Below, in pieces: positions 1-8,681 of a stretch of 64,000 nt of DNA. The DNA lies in assembly GCA_016712345.1 (NCBI GenBank), contig JADJRH010000002.1, forward strand, positions 200,466 to 264,465, in the 5' to 3' direction. The notes under the pieces were generated by a model. The model saw nothing but the letters and a program-made list of their open reading frames with translations, was not told where the DNA came from and made no database searches. The translations under genes were made by a program, and so were the position numbers. The first letter of the stretch is position 1; each line of letters starts with the position of its first letter. This DNA comes from Polyangiaceae bacterium (GTDB taxonomy: Bacteria > Myxococcota_A > Polyangia > Polyangiales > Polyangiaceae).

Positions 1-2231
1 GTTGCTTTTCGAGCGAATGCCTGTTCAAAAAAACGCACGAGGTCGTCTCTGACGTTGGCATCAAACCGTTCGGCGGCGAGCACCAACTTGGCATCTGGGT
101 CAATGGCGCTTCCACCCGCAAATGTGGGGCGTGAACCGGCGATCATTTCGTGCAGGGTGACAGCGGCGCTCCAGCGATCGGCGGCAAAATCCCACCCATT
201 TCTACCCTCCGATCGAAGGTAAGGATCGCGGTAGACGGCAGTGCCCACCTGCACATTGGAAATGGGTAGACGCGAAAGCGAAAAGTCAAACAGGGTAAGG
301 TGGTCGGCCTGTTTGGTGGTTGAACCTACCCCCAGGTTGGCCGGTTTGATATCGCGATGAAGCACTTGGTGCTCTTCTAAATGTTCGATCGCTTGCAGCA
401 GGTCGTCGCCGTAGCGACTGGCTTCATCGAGCGAAACAGGCCCAAATCGAGCAATTTTTTGTTGGAGTGTCAACTCGCCGGCGAGGCTGAGCAGCAGACA
501 CTTTCTACCCTTCAGGGTAGGCTGACCGTGAAGCGCCACAATGCGCGCGTGCTTGTCGCGGTCGAGGTTTGAAAGGACAATTGCCTCGTCGGCGATGCGC
601 TCGTCATGGGTAGAGTCGAGCGCGATCTTGAGCGCAAACTCGCGCTCGTCTTTTAGCCTGCGCACGCGCAACACGCGCGCAGTCGCGCCGGTTCCAAGCA
701 GTTTGACCACCTGAAAGTCGCCGAGCCGCGCGTCTTTGGTCGCGGTGAGCGGATCGACCTCTTCAGGAGTGGACGCTTCATCAGGAGCGGTCGCCGCGTC
801 GAGCAAGATCTCCAACCACTCATCCACATCATCGGCTCGATTGACCGGTGCCACATCGGTGGCAAAGGTAAACACCTCGGCGATTTTGGGCGAAACGCCG
901 TCGTCTACCGTTCGGGGATCTAAGTAACGGGATCGTTCGAGCCGGCGATCAAGTTCTTCTGCCCGTTCAGCCGGCGCGCGGCCTGTGAACACAAAATAGG
1001 CGAGCGCTCCCAAGCTGAAAAGATCAGACTGAGTGCTGCGCGAAAGCGGGTTTTCACGCAGTTCGGGCGCTTGGTAAACCGCCCAATCTTCAAGTGCGAG
1101 AGCCGACCAGTGTTGGGTAAAGTCAACCCCTCCACCCGCTCCGAGTTGAAAATTGAAAAGGCGCGTGTCGATCTCGTTTGTATCGGGATGCCTGCGAACC
1201 AGCACCGATTGAGGCGAAACGGCGCCGTGAACAATGCTCTTTCGGTGGCAGTGAGAAAGCGCGCGCCCAACTTGCTCCACCATTGTCAACCGCTCCTCAA
1301 AGGGAAGCGTTGGGTTTTGGCGCATAAACGCGTCGAGCGGAACGCCCCCGGCAAAGTTGCCGAAAATGACAGTGGGACCGAGCGGCGCATCGCTCACATA
1401 ATCTGAAAGCTGGAGAACGTGCGGATGCTCGCGAACATCCCACAAAAGAGTGCTTTCACGTTCGGCCGCGCGACGAAGCTGCATCCGCCGATCCACACTC
1501 GCTTGTTGGGGCACGAGGTACACTCGCGCGCGGGTAGAAAAATTTTTATGACGATGGGTAGCTACGCGGTCTTGATATCCCGCTCCATCCACAAGCAGCT
1601 CCCCCAATTCATAACTGCCGGCCACGGCTCGACCCTTACGAGCGCGAATGCCCAGCGCTGAAAGGGCCTGCGCCACATCGTGCATGGTAGGTCGATCGAT
1701 CTTATCATTGCGATAGTTGTCAGGTGCACCCGGAAACTTATGAAACTGGACCGCCGCGGCGAGGTCTTTGCGAGTGACCACACGGATCATCCCATCGGCT
1801 TTCAGCCGAAGGTCGAGATCCGTGGCGCTCAAAAACACCAATGCCTCCACGTACGGGCATTTGGCCGGGTAGTTCATTTTCGACAAAAGGCGCGATTTAA
1901 GCACCTTTGCCTTGTAATTGCACAAGGACAGCGGCCCATCCATGTACACCGACCGGGCTTGACCCGGCGGTGTTCTATACCACTCGTGGTGATCACCTTC
2001 ATACCTGCCGGGGCCGCTTTTGATTTCGATCAAATACAGGGCTGAATAGCCCATGACCAACAGGTCAACTTCAAGCAGTCTACCCGTGGAAGGTTCAAGC
2101 AGCTCGGTGAGCGCCCACACATGAAAAGGATCGCTGTCGGGCAGAGCGGCGTAGGCAAATTCAAGCGCCTCGCGCTCGTGCGCATAAGGCGACTCTCCAA
2201 CAACGACTTTGCGAGCATTGGAAAGCGGCAT
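1..2231 (-). CDS. NERD-domain protein fused to a tandem pseudokinase plus Ser/Thr kinase. Partial: the C-terminus runs off the left edge.
   Basis: Manual minus-strand translation from ATG at 2231..2229 is uninterrupted down to nt 1. It is absent from the ORF track because it has no in-window stop. The N-terminus has a NERD-like block (DLLVMGYSALYLIEIKSGPG...DHHEW). Domain 1 is kinase-like but degenerate: the beta3 Lys is missing, HRD is HGA (CHRKSIVHGAVSPQSVLV), DFG is NFQ, and APE is retained (WAVYQAPEL...DLFSLGALAYFVFTG). Domain 2 is intact: GTGATARV, FALKIA, HRDIKPANL, DFS, DRWSAAVTLHEMIAG. Confidence 0.8.
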   Translation of the reverse strand, partial: MPLSNARKVVVGESPYAHEREALEFAYAALPDSDPFHVWALTELLEPSTGRLLEVDLLVMGYSALYLIEIKSGPGRYEGDHHEWYRTPPGQARSVYMDGPLSLCNYKAKVLKSRLLSKMNYPAKCPYVEALVFLSATDLDLRLKADGMIRVVTRKDLAAAVQFHKFPGAPDNYRNDKIDRPTMHDVAQALSALGIRARKGRAVAGSYELGELLVDGAGYQDRVATHRHKNFSTRARVYLVPQQASVDRRMQLRRAAERESTLLWDVREHPHVLQLSDYVSDAPLGPTVIFGNFAGGVPLDAFMRQNPTLPFEERLTMVEQVGRALSHCHRKSIVHGAVSPQSVLVRRHPDTNEIDTRLFNFQLGAGGGVDFTQHWSALALEDWAVYQAPELRENPLSRSTQSDLFSLGALAYFVFTGRAPAERAEELDRRLERSRYLDPRTVDDGVSPKIAEVFTFATDVAPVNRADDVDEWLEILLDAATAPDEASTPEEVDPLTATKDARLGDFQVVKLLGTGATARVLRVRRLKDEREFALKIALDSTHDERIADEAIVLSNLDRDKHARIVALHGQPTLKGRKCLLLSLAGELTLQQKIARFGPVSLDEASRYGDDLLQAIEHLEEHQVLHRDIKPANLGVGSTTKQADHLTLFDFSLSRLPISNVQVGTAVYRDPYLRSEGRNGWDFAADRWSAAVTLHEMIAGSRPTFAGGSAIDPDAKLVLAAERFDANVRDDLVRFFEQAFARKA

Positions 2232-2232
2232 G

Positions 2233-3012
2233 TCAGGTGGTGCCTCCCCTCGCAATCCGCGCATCTTCAGGTGCGGCGTCGTCGCTCACCAGGGCGCGTC
2301 CAATGGGAGTTTGACCTTCTACCGCGGTGCGCACGTCCGGGCTCTTGGTAAGATTTAACGCCAATGCCGACAAATAGGCGAGCTGACGATGGGAAGGTGG
2401 AGTGGCAATGACTGTGACTTGTTCGGCCCACGAAAGGCCCCCGTGAGAAGCAAACGCTTCAACAAGGGAAGCCACAGCCGAAGGGCCTGCAACCACCCAA
2501 CGGTCAATGGAAGACAGCGGACCCATGGCAACCGGGGTTAGCTTCACATCCCACGCGGCTGACCACGCTTGAAAAAGGGCCGAAATGCCGGCCGTAGCAG
2601 TAGATTCTACCGACGTTTGCCACAACTCTTCAGCATCTACAGGCAAAAGGCCCGGCCATTTGGCGCCGAACGCGTCGTCCTCGGCAACGGCTTTTTGAGC
2701 AAAGGTCGACCGCGCGCCAAACGCACCCGGCCATTCTGCATCGGCGTCGCGAAGCAAAAGGTCGAGCCGGTCGGCGGTGGTGAGGTCGCCCCGAAAGCCT
2801 GCCCAACGCGCATCTGCATCGGACCCAAAGCGACGACCGGTAGGTTTGCGCGCTTCGGCCCAATACAAGCCTGCGAGCGCAGTGCGGTAGAACGAGCGAA
2901 TTTCGTGGGTGGAAGGGGCTGCCATGGCGCGTTCGGGGCGAAGAATACACGATTCACGGCGTCTCAAGGCGCAGAATCGTCGGGGGGCGTTGCGGGGGGC
3001 GTTGCCCCTCAA
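2233..3012 (-). CDS. Hypothetical protein co-operonic with the NERD-kinase. The likely true start is the internal Met at ~2925 (MAAPSTHEIRSF...).
   Basis: The ORF's TGA stop at 2233-2235 sits 1 nt from the ATG of the downstream NERD-kinase gene. The annotated N-terminal 29 aa is Arg-rich and is translated across a 12-bp tandem repeat, so it is probably non-coding. No domain recognised. Confidence 0.5.
   Translation of the reverse strand: MRGNAPRNAPRRFCALRRRESCILRPERAMAAPSTHEIRSFYRTALAGLYWAEARKPTGRRFGSDADARWAGFRGDLTTADRLDLLLRDADAEWPGAFGARSTFAQKAVAEDDAFGAKWPGLLPVDAEELWQTSVESTATAGISALFQAWSAAWDVKLTPVAMGPLSSIDRWVVAGPSAVASLVEAFASHGGLSWAEQVTVIATPPSHRQLAYLSALALNLTKSPDVRTAVEGQTPIGRALVSDDAAPEDARIARGGTT
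2982..3005. repeat. Perfect 12-bp tandem direct repeat GGGGGGCGTTGC x2 in the promoter region of the hypothetical/NERD-kinase operon.
   Basis: Read directly: cggggggcgttgcggggggcgttgcccc. Confidence 0.7.
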
Positions 3013-3398
3013 GAACGAGTGCCCGTTTGAGGCCCTCTCTCGTGTGAGAGTTCAGCCGGACCAGACCTTCAAAGATCAAGCCACCTAGAGCACCAATCGG
3101 TTTGATTCCGTAACCAAATGGATAGTTCACATGTGTACACAAACAGGCAGAAGCAAGGCAAGAAGGCCAGGCCCGAAGCTGCTACCCGGTGACAGACACC
3201 CAGTTCGGATCGCGTGGAGGGGGGCCCGCGGCCGACTTGCTCGGAGTTGGGGGTTAGGGAGCGAGTGACCTGTGCGCGTTCGAGCGGTGCGGTTTGGGCC
3301 CCATGCGCCACTGTCGGCGGGGAAGGGGCCCCGTCCGCGGGCGCTTGGGAAAAACCGTCACCGCGAGATGTGCACAGGTCAGGAGCGACCCGTGCGGG

Positions 3399-3420
3399 GG
3401 AGGAGGCGCGAGCCTCCTCC
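3399..3420. terminator. GC-rich hairpin (9-bp stem GGAGGAGGC / GCCTCCTCC, loop GCGA) ~95 nt downstream of the minus-strand immunity gene.
   Basis: Inverted repeat seen in sequence. There is no U-tract, so terminator function is uncertain. Confidence 0.3.
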
Positions 3421-3513
3421 ACTGGGAAAAGACTAGAGCACCTGCCGATATTTCTCGGCTTTCTCAAGTCACTAATCTTCTGATTTTACTCACGATTCAA
3501 ACCAATTGGTGTT

Positions 3514-4071
3514 CTAGGGAATGGTCACTTTTTCGAACAAAGCACCTGTGCATCCGGCCTGTTCCAAGCGGTTCTTCAACTCCATAGAAACGATCATCTC
3601 AACGTAAGATCCCCACAATCTGAAACAGTGAACTGGTGGTGGAATCTGACTTGTATCTAAGACTAATTTCGTGATTGACCGGTACTGACCTGCCAGATCA
3701 GCGCGGTGATCACTGGCTGTCCATTTTGTAAATCGAGATTGATTCTCATCCACGCATCGAAGAACCCGAAGGACGTTAACTGCCATCATCTGCGCGGACT
3801 CACCTAGTACAATCGGTAGGATCTGAACGTCGTCCCCGGCGACCTCTCTAAAAATGGTCGCCAACTTAGGTGTTACAATCGGGACTCCGAAACTTGTCAG
3901 CGAAAAATCTAACCTGGCTCCCCGGTGATGTATCGGAGCTGACAATGGGGTTGTCAAATGCAAAGCAATTCCGCCCTTCAGATCAGGTTCGGCACCGTCG
4001 GAAAGAGTAACTTCGCCGATGTGCCATCGGTTCGAACTTCGCATGTCGTCGAAAACTTGAAAGTACATCAT
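3514..4071 (-). CDS. Putative immunity protein for the orphan Rhs toxin tip.
   Basis: The start ATGATG overlaps the TGA of the upstream toxin ORF in an ATGATGA arrangement. The 185-aa gene has markedly lower GC (~48%) than its surroundings. No named family recognised. Confidence 0.6.
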   Translation of the reverse strand: MMYFQVFDDMRSSNRWHIGEVTLSDGAEPDLKGGIALHLTTPLSAPIHHRGARLDFSLTSFGVPIVTPKLATIFREVAGDDVQILPIVLGESAQMMAVNVLRVLRCVDENQSRFTKWTASDHRADLAGQYRSITKLVLDTSQIPPPVHCFRLWGSYVEMIVSMELKNRLEQAGCTGALFEKVTIP

Positions 4072-5552
4072 GGTTGAGTCAGTAATTTGTTAAGATCTGA
4101 ACCAGGCGTACTTAGCTCTTTGCTCATTGCGTCGAGTTCAGATCGAAAGGCTTCCGCGTACCTATCGCCCGAAAGCCCTCGGGTTGCGCGTTCCAAACGC
4201 TGGGACACTTCGCGATGATATGCTTCCGAATGGGGCCCGCGGTGTCCTGGGACTCGCACTTTATTAATTGCGTCATCGAGAGTCATTCCGGCCTTTTCGG
4301 CCATTCTTTCGAACCGCTGCGTCCACGGACCACCGTTGGATGACGAAACACGGTTCTTGTTTGTCATGATATGGTGCACCTGTCCATCCCCACCTTTTGG
4401 CGCCGACATCCATGCGTTAATCCCCGCCAAAATGTTTCCCGCACCACCCACAACGCCGACGGTAGAAACGGCAATTGCCGGCACTCCAACTGCCGCACCT
4501 ACCCCGGTCACGGTCGCCGCCCCGCCGAAGATCTCCCCACCAAGCGACGTGGCCGTGGTGTACAAACCGCCGCCAATCATCCCAAGCGCCTTGCCGCGCT
4601 CAAAGTACACCGAACGGCGCTTTACCAAGCCTTCCGCAAGGGCCGCTTCTTCGGCCACCCCTGCACCGGGTACAATGCCCAATAGTGCCCCACTAAACCC
4701 GCCCGCGATTGTCTGAAGAACGGGATGATTATACCACGGCTCGTCTTCCGCTTCCTCGTCAGGTTCGGCGGTTATGTCTTCCGATCCCGTGCTGTCCACG
4801 TCGGTTTTCGGCTCACCTACCCCGTGTTCCGCTTCTTTCTTAGGTTTGTCTTCCGTCGGCGGCCCGGCCTTTGATCCCGGTACAGAAATCTCCACATACC
4901 CACTCGGGTCCACGGGTAGGGAAGGCTCGCGCTTAGGTTCGCCGTCAAATCCGCTTGGGTCAGTATAGGTCAGCGGATTATTGAAAACGTAACTGTAGGG
5001 GTTCCACGCCTGACTGAATGTCCAATTCTGAATGATGGGATCAGTGCTCAGAAACCTACCCAACTTGGGATCAAACATTCGCCCTTTCATGTTGACTAAA
5101 CCGATCTCCCCATCGTCTTCATGCCCCGTAAATCCAAGCGAAATCGAATCTGGAAAGCTCGCAGGTATAGGGGCGCCCCACTCGGGATTTCTCCGCCGGC
5201 CGAAGGCGTCGTAACTGCGCCGCTCGGTGACCTTCCCATCGGCGTCTGTGAGTACGTCCACCGATCCCAAATGATCCGCGTGCACATACGTTGTGCCTGG
5301 TTGATTACCTCCAAGCGTGACAATCGCGATCACGCGTTCAGGCGAGTGCACATAAAATCGCTCGGTGAGCGCGTTCGCGGCGTCTTTGACACGTTCGTAC
5401 AGGTCGGCGAAATAAAGCGTTTCGTGCGTTGCGGTTAGATCGAGAGTGAACCGCGCTTGCCTGCGCAAAACGGGCTTGCCGTGCTTTGGCTCGCCTTCCT
5501 CGGGATGGTCAGAAACCAACGCGGCACCTAACAAGGTTGCCAAGCCGCCCAA
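4068..5552 (-). CDS. Orphan Rhs C-terminal cassette: an RHS repeat-associated core fused to an alternative C-terminal toxin domain (possibly HNH/AHH-like nuclease).
   Basis: Residues ~40-260 are near-identical to the main Rhs gene's core (THETLYFADLYE...YDAFGRRRNPEWG...GHEDDGEIGLVNMKGRMFDPKLGRFLSTDPI...NPYSYVFNNPLTYTDPSGF). After that it diverges into a different tip containing ...QVHHIMTNKN...GHRGPHSEAYH.... It has its own unique 40-aa N-terminus. Confidence 0.8.
   Translation of the reverse strand: MGGLATLLGAALVSDHPEEGEPKHGKPVLRRQARFTLDLTATHETLYFADLYERVKDAANALTERFYVHSPERVIAIVTLGGNQPGTTYVHADHLGSVDVLTDADGKVTERRSYDAFGRRRNPEWGAPIPASFPDSISLGFTGHEDDGEIGLVNMKGRMFDPKLGRFLSTDPIIQNWTFSQAWNPYSYVFNNPLTYTDPSGFDGEPKREPSLPVDPSGYVEISVPGSKAGPPTEDKPKKEAEHGVGEPKTDVDSTGSEDITAEPDEEAEDEPWYNHPVLQTIAGGFSGALLGIVPGAGVAEEAALAEGLVKRRSVYFERGKALGMIGGGLYTTATSLGGEIFGGAATVTGVGAAVGVPAIAVSTVGVVGGAGNILAGINAWMSAPKGGDGQVHHIMTNKNRVSSSNGGPWTQRFERMAEKAGMTLDDAINKVRVPGHRGPHSEAYHREVSQRLERATRGLSGDRYAEAFRSELDAMSKELSTPGSDLNKLLTQP
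4925..5436. repeat. Inverted copy (~88% nt identity) of the Rhs core segment 24448-24975.
   Basis: Reverse-complement of 5341-5460 aligns base-for-base with 24451-24530 with few mismatches. Protein-level identity is ~95%. Confidence 0.75.
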
Positions 5553-5735
5553 AAATGCGCGTGGGTGATTTTGGTGGGTAGACGACCCGCGAAGATTGTG
5601 CCCTTTTCATGATGGGCGCCTCGTTCTGGGGGCGTTCACGCTTTGTGGCGAGCCAGTCAACCGTTTCGCGTTGCGCGAAGGCCACCCAAGGGCAATGATG
5701 GGTAGGTTGCGGGGGATCTACCCATGGTTGAGGGG

Positions 5736-7772
5736 CTACTTCGGCTCCGGCGGATCGTAGATTTTCTTTACGTCGGCACCGCCCACGAACGCGTACGAGC
5801 CGGCGCTTCCATACCCATAAGCGACAATTCCAAAGGGCTTGTCACCTGACAGGTTGTGGGCGCCTTCTTGGAGCGGGCAGCGACGGGTTTCATACTCCAC
5901 ACCGGCGAGGTTGCCGGCCGGTTGGGTAGAACATCCACCCGGGGAGGTGCCGTCAATGGAGACGTTGGTGCCCACTTCGGCAACGATGACGACCCAATTT
6001 TGGTTCCACGAGCCGGGGGTTAGAATAACATATTCTGTGCGGTATTGGTCAACCGGTGGGAAGACGGTGAGGGAAGGATCGCCGATGTACGCACCGTCGC
6101 AGTATTGATTGCTGACAAGGATCTGACCAATCATGACGGGGGTGTCGGAGGTGACAACCACGTCGCCCTGGGTCCAGGTGGTTTTGACTTCACCCGGTTG
6201 GAGGGTGAATTGGTTGAATGGGGCGGGGAGGGTAGTGGTGACGTTGGTGACTTCGGCGGCGCCGACAAACCGGAGGATGTCAGGTTCTTTAAAGCCGCCC
6301 GTGGAACGCACGGGGCTGCGGGGAATGACGTAGTTTTTACCGACCGATTCCACCGGGAAGAGTTGGTCTTCAAGGTGGTCAAGGCAGCAGGTGTTGTCGG
6401 TTGTCCAACCGGGTGGGGTGGGAATGTCCACAACGCCGCCGGGAGCACCTGTGCTTTCTACCCCGGAGAATACGGCCACCGGCGCGTTGGCCGTGACAAG
6501 GGTACCTGACAAGTCGGCAATGGTTTTTGGATCGTCTTGGAATGTGCCGTCGTCCGTTTCAAGGTTGAGCACGTCAAACGGGCCAATGGTAAGACTGATG
6601 TCGCCGCCGGCTGGTGTGGCTGCAACGGGGGGATTTCCCTTGATTCGCCAGCTGGGTTTTACTTTGACAACGGTGTTGGGGGTGGTGCCGACAATGGTGA
6701 CATACGAGCGATCGAGAATGTTGAACCCGCCGAATTTGACGGGGTGGCCGGCGGGCCAGCCGATTACGCGGTAATAGGTTCCAAGTGCGTTGGTGGGTAG
6801 AAGAAGCGACGCATCGTTGGAATACGCGTTTTCAAAAACGTTGAATTGGTAGACAACGATGGGCGCGCTTGACTTAATGCGGAATGCGCGCGAGGAGAGG
6901 CAGGTTCCAGGGGAGGCGTAGTCGTTGGGTTGGACGCCGCAGTCAAGTTCACGCGTGGGTAGAACAAGGGCGTACAAGGCCCCGGGGTTGACCTCGGCGT
7001 CGGCGACTTTTGAAAGCTGGAGGGGTTGCCCGGGAGCGGCTTCGTTGATCTCAATGGAGACAACGGCTTTGGTTTGGCCGGCGTTGGAAAGCGCGACACC
7101 CCACGGTGCACTGGCCGGATCGTTGAAGCCGTCTTGTTGGTCAAGGTCAACCGCCCAAAATTCACACCCAACGTTGGAAGGTTGACCTTCTGCCACAACA
7201 CATGCGCTGATGCAGGCGCCGTTGGAACACGTTAAGCCGAGGGCCGGATCGCAGGTTTCTACCGGGGTGGTGCCGATTGTACCTTGGTCGGTGCACTGGT
7301 AGACATCATTGCCGAGGCAGGTTTTTCCACCGGGGTAACAGTCCACACAACCGAGCTTGGGAGCGCACGCTTTGGGGCATGTTTCAGGTGTGCCCGGCGT
7401 GCCGTCGCTGTTGCATGGGATGTAGGAGCCGGCGTTGCAAATGTCGCAAACATCGGAGTTGCCTCCGATGCCGCCGTTGCCGCCGTTGTTGGATGAGGTG
7501 GACGCCCCCGCGCCGCCGCCGCCTGTGGTGTTATTTGGAGCGGCGGAACAACCGAATTGAGATGGCAAAAGCGCCAAGAATAAAAGGGAAGAAATGGGTA
7601 GTAGGGTACGGCTCGAACGCATGAGGGTAGAGTGCCCGAGTGCGCGTGAGAAGTCAGTACGAAACGACCGACGCAGTGCGGTAACTGAGACGTCTCGCAA
7701 CGACCTGAAACGCCTCGCGACGACCTGACATGTTGTACTAAACACGGAGGCACGGACTACACGGAGGTTCAC
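5736..7772 (-). CDS. Secreted cysteine-rich repeat protein, probably a lipoprotein. Likely start MRSSRTLLP at ~7622.
   Basis: Signal peptide/lipobox-like N-terminus (LLFLALLPSQFGC). Multiple CxxCxxGxY...C repeats of the myxobacterial cysteine-rich type, then a large beta-rich region. Confidence 0.7.
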   Translation of the reverse strand: MNLRVVRASVFSTTCQVVARRFRSLRDVSVTALRRSFRTDFSRALGHSTLMRSSRTLLPISSLLFLALLPSQFGCSAAPNNTTGGGGAGASTSSNNGGNGGIGGNSDVCDICNAGSYIPCNSDGTPGTPETCPKACAPKLGCVDCYPGGKTCLGNDVYQCTDQGTIGTTPVETCDPALGLTCSNGACISACVVAEGQPSNVGCEFWAVDLDQQDGFNDPASAPWGVALSNAGQTKAVVSIEINEAAPGQPLQLSKVADAEVNPGALYALVLPTRELDCGVQPNDYASPGTCLSSRAFRIKSSAPIVVYQFNVFENAYSNDASLLLPTNALGTYYRVIGWPAGHPVKFGGFNILDRSYVTIVGTTPNTVVKVKPSWRIKGNPPVAATPAGGDISLTIGPFDVLNLETDDGTFQDDPKTIADLSGTLVTANAPVAVFSGVESTGAPGGVVDIPTPPGWTTDNTCCLDHLEDQLFPVESVGKNYVIPRSPVRSTGGFKEPDILRFVGAAEVTNVTTTLPAPFNQFTLQPGEVKTTWTQGDVVVTSDTPVMIGQILVSNQYCDGAYIGDPSLTVFPPVDQYRTEYVILTPGSWNQNWVVIVAEVGTNVSIDGTSPGGCSTQPAGNLAGVEYETRRCPLQEGAHNLSGDKPFGIVAYGYGSAGSYAFVGGADVKKIYDPPEPK

Positions 7773-7890
7773 GGAGATTTTCTATATTTCGGGCTGCAAT
7801 GGATGTCAGAAACGTTGTTTGGAACCGCGTTCTGCGAGCCGATTGCAGCCCAACAAACAAAGAAACTCCGTGTTCCTCCGTGATTCCGTG
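7742..7890. repeat. Nested palindromic repeat element, copy A: CACGGAG x3-4 / T-rich / GGGCTGCAATGG / central hairpin / GATTGCAGCC / A-rich / CTCCGTG x3.
   Basis: Seen in sequence. A second copy with the same architecture lies at ~55146-55318. Confidence 0.7.
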
Positions 7891-7961
7891 TTGAAATGGA
7901 CGGTTCAGTTGGAGAAACGCACCAGGTTCTTGCCGGGTGGCGTCAGTTACCCAGAAGGCCC

Positions 7962-8669
7962 TTAATTGGAAGTGGCGGCGGTTTCAGAAGGAGGAGGCGA
8001 GGATGGGGAGGTGGAAGGTGTATTCAAAGCGTCATTGGAGATTTCCCAAACGAGTTGAGTGTTGCCCTGCGCTCCGGCGAAGCGAATACCAAACCACTTG
8101 GCTTTTGTGGAAATGGTGGGGCGACCCTCGGCTGTGACGCGGGGAAAACGAATGCGAAACGCCTGTCGAAACACGTTATTGTAGGGGAAATAAGTGCGTT
8201 CAATGGCGTTTGGTTTTTTAATGAGTTGAATTTCTTCAGGCGCTGTTTCGTTGCCTGTGTCGTCGATGAGCCGAACGATCCATGCGCTGTCGGGGCGGGT
8301 CAGATCGTTGTAGCGGCGCTCGCCGCCGTAGATGGCCACGAAAAACTGGTGGCGGCGTTTGGTTTCATCGAGCGCTTTTTCAAGGAGTTTTTTGCGCTCA
8401 TCAATGGTGAGGCGGTAGTCCTGAACGTAGCGGACTGTGTACGCCCAGCGAAAATCCCACGATTCAAACGTGGCTGTCGCTGTGAGGAAGTTGTCGAGTT
8501 CGCTCAGCGAAAACAGGCGTTCGGTGCGGGTCCAATGGCGAAGCACCGATTCATAATCGGTGGCGACATATTCACGCGGGCCTTCTGCGAGCGATACCAA
8601 CTGCGGTGCGCAACCGCACGCAGCAAATGCTGACACGGCGACGGTAAGCGCGGTGGAGAGGCGAAACAC
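7962..8669 (-). CDS. Hypothetical lipoprotein.
   Basis: N-terminal signal with lipobox (VSAFAACGC). No domain recognised. Confidence 0.55.
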   Translation of the reverse strand: MFRLSTALTVAVSAFAACGCAPQLVSLAEGPREYVATDYESVLRHWTRTERLFSLSELDNFLTATATFESWDFRWAYTVRYVQDYRLTIDERKKLLEKALDETKRRHQFFVAIYGGERRYNDLTRPDSAWIVRLIDDTGNETAPEEIQLIKKPNAIERTYFPYNNVFRQAFRIRFPRVTAEGRPTISTKAKWFGIRFAGAQGNTQLVWEISNDALNTPSTSPSSPPPSETAATSN

Positions 8670-8681
8670 GGCCCGACCTTA

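Noticed and set aside
1562-1564. Apparent in-frame TAG interrupting the NERD-kinase ORF, which would imply nonsense suppression or a pseudogene.
   Set aside because: It was an artefact of mis-parsing the GCGCGCG run at 1524-1531 during the first manual read. Re-derivation of the reverse complement line by line gives ...CGC GTA GCT ACC CAT CGT... with no stop, so the ORF is continuous from 2231 to the window edge.
1562-2218. Track ORFs 1562..1783(-), 1680..2045(+), 2030..2218(-), 920..1270(-), 1071..1406(+), 653..865(-) as separate small genes.
   Set aside because: All lie inside the long NERD-kinase reading frame, in other frames or on the other strand. Their products lack signals and are Cys/Arg-rich with no motifs, as expected for high-GC spurious ORFs.
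2926-3012. N-terminal extensions from the ORF track (2233..3012, 5736..7772, 9435..10667, 49155.., 57910..60222, 60280..60711, 60732..61547, 61421..).
   Set aside because: Homology to the known families begins at internal Met codons. The extensions are Arg-rich or cross repeats. Shorter starts are reported instead.
3012-3514. ORFs 3069..3467(-), 3214..3483(+), 3294..3587(+) in the 500-bp gap between the kinase operon and the immunity gene.
   Set aside because: No motifs, composition-driven open frames, and they overlap each other. The region is more plausibly promoter/terminator DNA.
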